A stretch of 64,000 bases of DNA from Macrostomum lignano (Eukaryota), in contig NIVC01000176.1 of NCBI GenBank assembly GCA_002269645.1, positions 372,001-436,000 on the forward strand, in the 5' to 3' direction. Positions 36,101 through 47,500 of the stretch are shown here, piece after piece (the first letter of the stretch is position 1; the number at the start of each line of letters is the position of its first letter). The position numbers were made by a program, and so were the translations under genes. The notes beneath the pieces are model-generated. The model ran no database searches. It was not told where the DNA came from and was given only the letters and a program-made list of their open reading frames with translations.

Positions 36101-39100
36101 CTAAAAATAAAGCCATATTTCATACTGTAAAGCAGATATATTACACTGCCTCATTTACATGACGCTTCTATGATTGTTTACATGACGCTTTTATGATTGT
36201 TCACATGACGCTTCTATAATTTTTTACATGACGCTTCTATGATTTTTTAAATGACGCTTTTATGATTGTTTACATGACGCTTTTATGATTGTTTACATGA
36301 CGCTTCTATGATTGTTTACATGACGCTTCTATGATTGTTTACATGACGCTTCTATGCTTGTTTACATGACGCTTCTTTGATTGTTTACATGACGCTTCTA
36401 TGATTGTTTACATGACGCTTCTATGATTTTTTACATGACGCTTCTATGATTGTTTACATGACGCTTCTATGATTGTTTACATGACGCTTCTATGATTTTT
36501 TACATGACGCTTCTATGATTGTTTACATGACGCTTCTATGATTTTTATATGACGCTTCTATGATTGTTTACATGACGCTTCTATGATTTTTTTAAATTAC
36601 GCTTCTATGATTTTTAAATGACGCTTCTATGATTTTTTAAATGACGCTTTCATGATTGTTTACATGACGCTTCTATGATTTTTTAAATGACGCTTCTATG
36701 ATTGTTTACATGACGCTTCTATGATTGTTTACATGACGCTTCTATGATTGTTTACATGACGCTTCTATGCTTGTTTACATGACGCTTCTTTAATTGTTTA
36801 CATGACGCTTCTATGATTGTTTACATGATGCTTCTATGATTTTTTACATGACGCTTCTATGATTGTTTACATGACGCTTCTATGATTTTTATATGACGCT
36901 TCTATGATTGTTTACATGACGCTTCTATGATTTTTTAAATTACGCTTCTATGATTTTTAAATGACGCTTCTTTGATTTTTTAAATGACGCTTTCATGATT
37001 GTTTACATGACGCTTCTATGATTTTTTAAATGACGCTTCTATGATTGTTTACATGACGCTTCTATGATTGTTTACATGACGCTTCTATGATTGTTTACAT
37101 GACGCTTCTATGATTTTTTTAAATAACGCTTCTATGATTTTTATATGACGCTTCTACGATTTTTACATGACGCTTCTATGCTTGTTTACATGACGCTTCT
37201 TTGATTGTTTACATGACGCTTCTATGATTGTTTACATGACGCTTCTATGATTTTTTACATGACGCTTCTATGATTGTTTACATGACGCTTCTATGATTTT
37301 TATATGACGCTTCTATGATTGTTTACATGACGCTTCTATGCATACATGCGCAACTGCTGGCCGATCTGGCCACCGTAAATTGTGGTGGACTAGGGGTAAG
37401 TCGCAAAAATGCCACCCTAAAGAATACAGACGTAGTACTAATTAGATGCTGAGGCATTTAGGCCTGATAAGACAGTCATAGTTACTCCTGCCGTTTACCC
37501 AAAACTGCGTTAATTTTGCTTTAGGTTTCTTTCGCAGGTAAGTCGCATTTTTGGTCAATAAGTAAGTCGCATGGCCAGTGTAAATCAGAGGGGTTGCGCA
37601 TGTATGCTTCTATGATTGTTTACATGACGCTTCTATGATTGTTTACATGACGCTTCTATGATTGTTTACATGACACTTCTATGATTTTTAAATGACGCTT
37701 CTATGATTTTTACATGACGCTTCTTTTTAAAAAGTCTTTTAGTTTTCCTGACGTTGAAAAGCTTTAATTAAAAAATATATACTCTATGAAAATTCGAACC
37801 ATCGTCGCTGCATTTAGCAGTTAAGTCTGTTCACCTCTAGGCTAGCTCTCATCGTTTTGATAACATGAAATTTTGCACTTATATAATTCAACACTTTAAA
37901 ATCCAAGCATGACATAATCAGTTTCTCAGTCAGTCAGTATCAGTTAACAATATGGTTACGCAATTTAAATCAAGTCTGGTGCTACGCTTCCACACTGCAT
38001 TTTCAATTCAAGTTGGAGTTACAATTCAGTTATGATGCAATCTATTTCAGAATCAGAATTCAACCAGTCAGTTTTTTCTCTAGCATTCTTACAATGCATT
38101 TCAAGTCGAAAACTTTGCTTGACCTTTGCAAAAAAGCATGTTTTTCGAATATTTAATGCCTTTAGCATCGAGCAATTTCTTAGCCACGATGCATGTACAG
38201 TCACGGGAAAATTTCTGATCGAACAGTGCAAGTTCGAACAAAATCGGTCCAGCCATTTTTTCTCTAATCGGTCACATAGACACAGACAGACCATTTTTAG
38301 TATATTGGACTTGAAATTTTCAAAAAAGTCTATAGCTAGGATGCAAGCTTTAATAGAAGTGCTTATCCTCACAGGTCCAATGCTGAAAATTCTAATTTTA
38401 TCCACTGGATCTGTATTGATAATTTTCAGCTTATCCCCATGGCTAAGATTGTGCAGTTGTTTGTGTCTAGTTTTATGTACTGACATTAACTTGATATTGT
38501 CATTATTATTAGTATTATTATCATTATTATTATATTTTGAATTTTAAATTTTGCAAGTCCCATTTGACACCTCAATCTTAGGGTTGTTTGGTCATTCTAA
38601 GTGCAGCTAGCAACTAGCAGCTAAGCAAATATTTAAAATGAACCTTTTTAATGACAAAAAAGTTTTAACAAATGCCCAAAAATTTGGGCATGCATTGGCC
38701 TTGCATGCCAAAAGTAGGCGTGCATAGTTGGTATGCATCACTCCTAAGAAAATATACCTGGAGTACACTTTGTAGAATCATGCAGAAGAGTTATTGTGAA
38801 GTAGAAAAAATGTGTAAAAGTTCTTTTAAAACATAAATTTCCTGCTTTCTGGGTTTTTAAGCTTATAATAAGGCATTTAAACAAATCTTTGAGTATATCA
38901 ATTTTCACTATGAATAGTATTAGCAAAAAATCAAAAATTAACCAAATTATGTCAAAAAGGGTCTATTACACAATAAAAAGGGTCATTTATCTGATTGTTG
39001 GGGAAAGTCTTTTACATTCCAGAATATTCTATTTTTGCCTGTTCTTGGAACATTCTGGAACATTCTTAATATAATATGCATATAAATAGTAGTATAGTAT

Positions 39101-41328
39101 GCATAAAAAACTATAATAGATAAAACATTATTTGCTTGACTATCTGAAATGGCGAAAGATACTGCTCTCAAAAGACCTGTAGCATATGCTGCTTCTCTAG
39201 GATTATTGCTCCAACAAGAATGTGAGCCAATTGGCCACCGACATCAATGCTACATTTGGTGCGGGAACCCTCACTTATCAGACTGCCAACAATTGGTTCA
39301 GGCAATTCAAAGATGGAGATGAGGGCCTTAAAGACAAGCCCCACAGTGGCTAGCCAGCAGAGCTTGACATTAGTGCACTTGAGCAACTGCTTGAATAGGA
39401 CACCCGACAGACTATGCATGAGCTGGCTACATAGCTAGGTGTGCACCACTCCACTGTTGCCAACCACCTTCATTGCCTAAACAAGAAGCCAAAGCTGGGA
39501 TATTGGGTGTCCCACGAGCTGATTACCACTGACATGGACCAGTGCATTGAGGCTGCCCTCACCATGCTTTCCTAATCTTACCATCTGGATTGGCTGGATG
39601 ATGTAGTGACAGGTGACAAAAATAGTGCCTTGATGTCAATATCCAATGCAACAATGGATTGATTCTGATGCAAAGCCAGAGTGAGAGGCCAAGGCTAAAC
39701 TGCATGCCAAAAAGGTCATGCTTTCAGTCTTCTGGAACATGAAAGGAATCATAATGTAAGAGCTACTGCCAAAGAACAAGAACATTAATGCTGCCTTCTA
39801 CTAGGAGCAGCTTGAGCACCTAAAGCAGAAGCTGGCTAAGGTGCACCCTAAACATTGCTGGGTCACCTTGCTACACAATAATGCACCTGCGCACAAGGCA
39901 CAGTTGACCTATTAGAAGCTACTTGAGCTGGGCTAGATTCTTCCCCACACACTATATAGCCTAGATCTTGCATCTACTGATTATGACATGTTTGCCGCCC
40001 TTGACCATTCTTTGGCTAGCCAGCAATTCAATAACAAGGATAACCTAAAGACCTACCTGACAAAATTCTTTGAGGGCCAGCACCTAGAGTTCTATAGCCA
40101 GGGCTTCTACTCCTTGCACATACGCTAGCAGAGGGTTATTGACCATGATAGTAACTATATTTAAGACTGATAACCCTATTGTATAGAAAAGTATTATATT
40201 GAATAAATTTGTAACAAATATAAAAAAATTCCCTAACAATCAGATATTATCACAATGTAAAAAATGTCTTTTATTGTTGCAACACCAACAGAGTTTTTAG
40301 AATAAGGCATATAGCACTCAATTTTTGTTCAGCATCATACATGCGCAACCCCTCTGATTTACACTGGCCATGCGACTTACTTTTTGACCAAAAATGCGAC
40401 TTACCTGTGAAAGAAGCCTAAAGCAAAATTAAGGTAAACGGCAGGAGTAACTATGACTGTCTTATCAGGCCTAAATGCCTCGGTATCTAATTAGTACTAC
40501 GTCCGTATTCTTTGGGGTGGCATTTTTGCGACTTACCCCTGGTCTACCACAATTTAAGGTGGCCAGATCGGCCAGGTCGGCCAGCAGTTGCGCATGTATG
40601 TTCAGCATGCATTTGTAACTATTGATTTTTATTCAGGTGTGCACCCAGCATGATCTGGACTATGGACTATTCAATATTTAGTTTATTTGGAAGATTTGTA
40701 AAACAGTGAAAACAAATAGATGGTTTTTGAACAATTTCATTTTAAGGTTCTCTATTCCAATAAGCTGCCATAGAGATAAGCTAAAAAAAATTGTCAACAT
40801 ATATCTATGTAAATAAAATTAGAATTATTGACATGGGACTGTGGGGATAAGCACTTTCAGCTTTACCAAGATGGAATTTTTGTACAAAAACTTGCTTCTA
40901 ACTAAAGAAAAGATCTAATAGAAAAAAGATTCTATTCTATCCTGGCAGCTTTAATATGTATGTTGGATTATTGTCTACTACAAAAGACAAAGCAAAGGCT
41001 TGACTAATTTTTAGTCAAGAAAATTAAGGTGTTTTTTAGCATTTACTCAGGCAAGTAAGATTTTTTTAAATGAAAAATAACTATAAAACAACTTCAAAAT
41101 TTCACTGCAGTCCTATATTATCAGGCCTACTTAATGTCATGGCAGAGACAAGAATTAATGCCAACAGTAAAAGTCTTGATTAATGTAGATTTGATTGATT
41201 CATAAGCAAATAAAAAATTGTTATTTCAGAAACTCACCATCCTTCATTGAAATAATTGATCGGCCTCCATTGCAATCAGCAGCTAGCAAAACATAATCAT
41301 TGAACTGAATGCCAATTAAACACTCCAT
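27137..41328 (-). CDS. PSMB2: Proteasome subunit beta type-2, 3 exons, 202 aa
   Basis: Exons 41328-41238 ([18 protein letters not shown]...MKD), 28337-27992 (DKMFRL...[38 protein letters not shown]) and 27308-27137 sum to 609 nt, in phase. Intron 1 is 12.9 kb. Confidence 0.95.
27340..27925. repeat. 34 bp minisatellite in PSMB2 intron 2
   Basis: Unit CTACAACCCTACCTAAAGATCCTGAAGCGAATGG. Confidence 0.96.
29032..30277 (-). mobile_element. Decayed full-length mariner transposon (1246 bp)
   Basis: TIRs CAAGGGGTAGTCAAAAAGTAATGATAATTTT / AAAATTATCATTACTTTTTGACTTCCCTTG with TA on both sides. Remnants LSAC*VPQLL (WVPxLL), [23 protein letters not shown] (YSPDLAP). Confidence 0.88.
30870..31653. mobile_element. 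Solo LTR, family A, copy 1 (784 bp)
   Basis: TG...CA ends, 4-bp TSD CTAG; inverted homolog of 35333-36153. Confidence 0.8.
32268..33400. repeat. About 450 bp degenerate tandem unit (about 2.3 copies) with CCTTGA[C/A]ATCT subrepeats
   Basis: Homologous starts near 32268, 32700 and 33170; AATC(T/TT)TTAACTTCGACATGA is repeated at about 32640 and 33095. Confidence 0.65.
32478..32539. repeat. Interstitial telomere-type (CCCTAA)n tract
   Basis: About 10 CCCTAA units with two variants. Confidence 0.9.
35333..36153. mobile_element. Solo LTR, family A, copy 2 (821 bp), inserted in the satellite
   Basis: TG...CA ends, 4-bp TSD TTTA. Confidence 0.85.
37341..37606. mobile_element. MITE family M, copy A (266 bp)
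   Basis: 14-bp TIR CATACATGCGCAAC; 8-bp TSD CTTCTATG (hAT- or P-type TSD length). Confidence 0.92.
38190..38400 (-). repeat. Dispersed repeat with a GTCTGTCTGT core (unclassified); hypermutated homolog at about 29010-29031 + 30278-30420
   Basis: The reverse complement aligns to the sequence split by the 29032 mariner (TCAAGTCCAATATACTAAAAATGGTCT...). Confidence 0.6.
38990..40244 (+). mobile_element. Decayed full-length mariner transposon (about 1255 bp)
   Basis: TIR TCTGATTGTT[G/A]GGGAA with TA flanks. Remnants [27 protein letters not shown] (WVPHEL), [19 protein letters not shown] (YSPDLAP). Confidence 0.85.
40336..40600. mobile_element. MITE family M, copy B (265 bp), opposite orientation to copy A
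   Basis: Same 14-bp TIR; 8-bp TSD TTCAGCAT. Confidence 0.92.
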
Positions 41329-44300
41329 TTTACTTTAAATTAAAGGAATATAAAAATTGAAACAACAAATTGCTATATTCCACCAAACCAAGTTCTCGAA
41401 CAGTAAAAATTCTTCTATACTTGATAATAGCTTATTTCTCAAGCAGTCTCTTAATCACGCAATTAATCGGCAGAATTTATCAGAGTCGCGAAATGCACAA
41501 TAATCGTAATTTAAATTTTCTGCTTTCACAGTATAAGAAACTGCTACTTCATTAGGCAATTATTTTTTTAGAGTCAAAAATACAAAGTTGAAAATTCTAT
41601 AAATATATACTTAAAACAATGGCAAGTAGTTGCATATGCTAAGAAGAAAAACGCTTTTTTATTTTACTTTTACTCGTGTCGATGCTTACTTATGCATTGG
41701 GAGACAGAAAACACAAGAGAAGCTCCAGGTTCAATACAGATTTATCCAATTGCCTAGCTTAAACGTAGATTTTAGCGCGCACTACAAATAAGTTAACGAA
41801 TTTACAATAAGTGCGAATTTTAGTATCACTGAGAAATTTACGAATCAGTTGTGAAATGTAATGTATTACCAATCTCGGTGTATCTTGATATAGCCTTACG
41901 ACAGGAAACTTTATTTCTTGGAAGTTGAAAATGAATTGTTTCAAACAAGTTCGTTTCTACATGCATTTCTATTGCGCATTTTTTCGCGCAAACCTAGCCT
42001 CTAATTATTATAAATAAATAGAGGTTATTCTACTTCTACTTAGTCGTCCTTGAATATGTACGTAAATAATTATCTTGCAATGACTTGACAAGTAATTAAC
42101 AAGTATATTGGGCAATTAGCACCACGGGTAGCATTAATTTAAATAATATTTGTTATCTAATTATATCTACTACCGCTCGTAGTTAATGCAGAAAGAACAA
42201 GGTCACGTTATAAAGACGTTATAAATTTCAAAAACAATGAATTTTCTATATTTTAGGCTGAAATTAATTGCAAACAGAAAGAAATCACACCAAAGCACAA
42301 AATTGAGACTACAGCTAGGAAAATTAGCAGCTGGCTGCAGCAAAATCAATCGAAAACAGAAAACAAAAAGAATGACAAAAATGACAACCTGAACAATCAT
42401 AACGCTGATTGCGGACCTTTTAATGAGTGCCGTGTTAGCTGAAATGTGTGAAACTACTCAAAGCAATAAAATTAACACAATCCTTTTAATGTGGCCTAAA
42501 TATTAGCATATACATGGAGTTACTGAAAAACCTAAGAATTTTAGTAAGGATTAAATTATCATTTTAACAAACAAGCTAAACAGGAGTTAGCAACTATGTA
42601 GGATTAGTTTCATACAAAAGTAAAAATGTTTTTGTTGAGCATAAAGAAACATTCAACAGACGTGTTAAAGTAACTATAGTCTTAAATTAATCATATGCAA
42701 GTAATATTGACAACGCCATTAAAACAAAGCATTTAGCTACTTTTTTAATTCTTAAGTTAAAGAATAATGATTACATTAGAAACTAAATAGACACACTGCA
42801 ATCAAATTCATGTTTTGAAAGATGCCAACTTAACGTGACAAAAATCAGCAGGTTCTGACATAAGTAAAACTTAAATTTTTACTTTAGTAAAAAGGCGGTA
42901 AAATAGAGAAGCCAGAGCAAACTGAACCGCATGCGGTGTAAAAAATCTGCACTACTCATAGTAGTGTAAATAAGCCAGGCTTTGTTAACAAATAAAATAA
43001 GAAGTAATGCTAGAAAAAATATCTATGTTGTTATTACAGGCATCGCGCAGTCAAAATACAAAGGAAGATTGATCGAATAAGAATATATAATAAATATATA
43101 AATAATAGATACATGCGCACGCATTCTTGTTCAATACGTGGACAAAAAAGTAAATTTCTGAACACAAAAATCGAAGACTTCTAGTGAAATAATTTTAATA
43201 ATCATTCCATTAATGAGTGAGTGCACAGCAGCCGACTCCGGAATCCGTGACAACTCCGATGTACTTTAACATAAGCTACCGTGAATCAGAATCAGCTGAT
43301 AATTTTTAATGACGATATGTTGAATTAAATCAATTGATATAAAGGTGCTACAGATTTGTTCCTTCTGATTTATGATAATGATTAGTGCAGTAATACAAAC
43401 TGATAATTAGTACACATATATGAATAGATATAAACACACAGATATGACAGAATTAACATGAAACAAACAAATAAAAGCGCCCCACAATGGCAAGTTAGCG
43501 AGTTATAGCTAGGATAATCAATCAAGTGAGTCACAAGTAAACAGAACTAAATAAACAAATTGATACACAATATTAAGGTAGATAATTTATTAATTTATTT
43601 AATTTTAGGACTTAATCGCTGTGCAACTCTAGGGGTTCAGGGTTAGGTTTCGGTCGTTAAGGGCTTGAGAATTTTTCTAGCTATCAGCTTAACTTAAAGG
43701 TTAGCAAAACCGTTTTTACATCAAGGAAAATAAATTATGAAGAGATGATGAGGAGAGGGGAGAGAGTTGAGAAGAGGTTGGACAGGAGGCTTGGCAGACC
43801 GAACCCTAAAGTAACGAACAAACATAGCCACCTACTACTTAACTAGCGACAGTAGTTTGTTAAGATAAATATCCCCTTATTAAGCTGTAATTAACTAAAC
43901 GACTAAATTGACAGCAGCGCCAACAGGGGGTTGGGAAGGCCAAAACTAAAATAAAAAGGACCAAAAACAAACACAATGAGGCAAAACGGGAAAGGCTGGA
44001 TCAGTATTAAAACATTGTACGCCTGTCTCGAACAGAAGTTGAGCAAAATGACGGAGTGAATCCAGCAGCATTGTGTAATCAAGGACTACTCAAGTAAGAA
44101 GACGAAAACTAAATTTCTAGGAAAATTCTAGGAGACGAGTTTTCTTCTGAAAAAGTACACTACGGAGATGGGAAGTTTTCATTTTTCAGCAAAATCGACA
44201 TTCATAAAGCTTATCGTTCAGAAAATTAGGATTCTATGTTAATTGTATATCCTACGTACACGTCCTGCGCCTAAAAGCCATTGCCATCATCATCACCATC

Positions 44301-44535
44301 TTCGTAATGTAATTTTTTATTCGAAAAACGCCTGCCTCCTAAAATTATCCTAAAAAAGTTGTCTCTGCCGCTGTTACGCGTCAAAATTAAGTTATAGAGA
44401 CAAATGCAATGTCGCACCAAAATTTAACTACGAGTATCAAAGAAATCTAAGATCTAGCAGCAGTAATAATCGGATAATTAACAAGCATATAGAAATAGAC
44501 ACTGCCCGCCTGTCTGAGGCTTGGATTACATCCTG

Positions 44536-47500
44536 TTACACCGTTGTTTGCTCGGCATCGTTCTGGGAAGCCTGAAAATTCAGGATAGTTTGATTAGGAA
44601 TAAATTTACATATTAACTATGAAGGATCAGAGAGTCAAACTGAAAATGGTCTGCTAAAAGAACTGAAGGTCAAATAAGGGTCTACTGAAGGGCCTAAAGG
44701 TCAACATGGTTCTACTGAAGAACCTGAAGGTCAACATAGGTCTACTGAAGGACCTGAAGGTCAACATGGGTCTACTGAAGGACCTGAAGTCAAATGGATC
44801 TACTGAAGGATCTAAAGATTAACAAAAGGATCTACTGAAGGACCTAAAGATTAACAAAAGGGTCTAATGAAGGACCTAAAGATTAACAAAAGCGTCTACT
44901 GAAGGACCTAAAGATTAACAAAAGGGTCTACTGAAGGACCTAAAGATTAACAAAAGGGTCTAATGAAGGACCTAAAGATTAACAAAAGCGTCTACTGAAG
45001 GACCTAAAGATTAACAAAAGGGTCTACTGAAGGACCTAAAGATTAACAAAAGGGTCTACTGAAGGACCTAAAGATTAACAAAAGGGTCTACTGAAGAAAC
45101 CGAAGGTTAACACAGGTTTACTGGAAGGCCTGGGGGTTGGGCTGAAAATTCGACCCAATTTCTTCAACACTTACACTCTGAGGAAGCTCCGCGCTGTTGC
45201 CAAATCCGGCGTTCTCTCCACGAAGCTGTCCGCCGCCTCTGCCTCGGCCTCGACCGCCACCGCGGCCGCCGCGACCACCCCGGCCGACGCCGTAGCCGCC
45301 GCCGCGATAGCCAAAGGCTGGCAAGTGCGGGTACAGCTGCGGCTGAGCTAAATAATCATAGGTGGCAAATCGCTGATGCTGCGGCTGTTGAGGGCCGTAC
45401 ATCTGCTGGTAGCCATAGTAACCGAAGTCGTATTGGTAGACAGGCTCGGACTGAAGTATTTAATGTAAATAAGCAGTCAATTAACAAATGGGAAATCATT
45501 GATTAACCACAATTAAGAGGTTGAAGAGGACACGGAAGTAGAGGGTAAAGAACACATGGAAGGAGAGGTTAAAGAACACACGGAAGGAGAGGGTAAAGAA
45601 CACACGGAAGGAGAGGGTAAAGAACACACGGAAGGAGAGGGTAAAGAACACACGGAAGGAGAGGGTAAAGAACACACGGAAGGAGAGGGTAAAGAACACA
45701 CGGAAGGAGAGGGTAAAGAACACACGGAAGGAGAGGGTAAAGAACACACGGAAGGAGAGGGTAAAGAACACACGGAAGGAGAGGGTAAAGAACACACAGA
45801 AGGAGAGGGTAAAGAACACACGGAAGGAGAGGGTAAAGAACACACGGAAGGAGAGGGTAAAGAACACACGGAAGGAGAGGGTAAAGAACACACGAAAGGA
45901 GAGGTTAAAGAACACACGAAAGGAGAGGGTAAAGAACACACGGAAGGAGAGGGTAAAGAACACATGGAAGGAGAGGGTAAAGAACACACGGAAGGAGAGA
46001 GTAAAGAACACACGGAAGGAGAGGGTAAAGAACACACGGAAGGAGAGGGTAAAGAACACACGGAAGGAGAGGGTAAAGAATACACGGAAGGAGAGGGTAA
46101 AGAAAGAACACACGAAGGGAGAGGGTAAAGAGCACACGGAAGGAGAGGGTAAAGAACACACGGAAGGAGATGGTAAAGAACACACGGAAGGAGAGGGTAA
46201 AGAACACACGGAAGGAGAGGGTAAAGAACACACGGAAGGAGAGGGTAAAGAACACACGGAAGGAGAGGGTAAAGAACACACGGAAGTAGAGGTAAAGAAC
46301 ACACGGAAGGAGAGGGTAAAGAACACACGGAAGGAGAGGGTAAAGAACACACGGAAGGAGAGGGTAAAGAACACACGGAAGGAGAGGGTAAAGAACACAC
46401 GGAAGGAGATGGTAAAGAACACACGGAAGGAGATGGTAAAGAACACACGGAAGGAGAGGGTAAAGAACACACGGAAGGAGATGGTAAAGAACACAAAAGG
46501 AAAAGACAAGAAAGTCCACAGGAAACTAACGCTATATCTGGAACCGGAGCGAGCCGCAGTGGCAGCCCGACCGCCAAGCTGCTGCTGAGGTGGAGCAGCC
46601 ACTGGCGGCTGCTGATAATACGGCTCAACCAGGTAATTGTAGGCAATGGGGCCGCCAAAGCCTGCGGGACCGCCGCCACGCCGGCCGAAGCCGAGACCGC
46701 CGCCCCGCTGCCTGGGGTTGTAGCGGTCGGCGGCATAGGCGCTGCCCCTGACTGGGGCGCCGTCTGGTCCGGTGACGTTGGCCGCCTCCTGGCCTTTCTC
46801 GCCTTCGACAACGTCGAATTCGACTTGTTCGCCGTCGCCAACGCTGCGCTGCCATTTCTTTGGATTATTACGCGCGATGGCCGTCTGGTGAACGAATATG
46901 TCCTCCTTGGTGTCGTGGCGATTGATGAAACCGTAGCCATTTTTCACGTTGAACCATTTCACCGTGCCAGTGACTTTGGTGGCTGTTTAGATTGGGCAGG
47001 TAGAAGCAAATAAATTATTCCACGTGTACTTTTATCTTTTGCTAGTAGTGTACTATTACAATAGGATCATGGGATTTTGTGATTTGGGGATCCCAGCTGA
47101 CCACGGGGAATCATGGGATTCTGTGAGTTGTGGATCCCAGCTGACCATGGGGGATCATGGGATTCTGTGATTTGTGGATCCCAGCTGACCATGGGGGATT
47201 ATGGGATTCTGTGATTTGTGGATCCCAGCTGACCATGGGGGATTATGGGATTCTGTGATTTGTGGATCTGAGCTGACCATGGGGGATCATGGGATTCTGT
47301 GATTTGTGGATCCCAGCTTACCATGGGGGATCATGGGATTCTGTGAGTTGTGGATCCCAGCTGACCATGGGGGATCATGGGATTCTGTGATTTGTGGATC
47401 CCAGCTGGCCAGTGCATGTTGGGGGATCATGGGAATTTTCTATATTTTGAGCTGAAATTAATTGCAAACAGAAAATCACACCAAAGCACAAAATTGAGAC

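Larger units (their letters stand above)
33480..37725. repeat. About 23 bp satellite (ATGACGCTTCTATGATTGTTTAC) in PSMB2 intron 1, interrupted by a solo LTR and a MITE
   Basis: Tandem units on both sides of the insertions at 35333-36153 and 37341-37606. Confidence 0.97.

Noticed and set aside
38019-38547. Overlapping 155/171-aa ORFs on both strands
   Set aside because: They lie in a dispersed non-coding repeat whose homolog is decayed; no domain motifs.
43910-43935. CTCF-like or PBS-like motif CAGCAGCGCCAACAGGGGG
   Set aside because: Several mismatches to the CTCF consensus and no adjacent resolvable LTR.
45496-46962. 488/475-aa ORFs with TLSFRVFF / SLPSPSVC / EGEGKEHT repeats
   Set aside because: Read-through from Y-box exon 2 into the 24-bp intronic array; the GTTAGT donor at 46530 and an in-phase exon 3 explain the gene.
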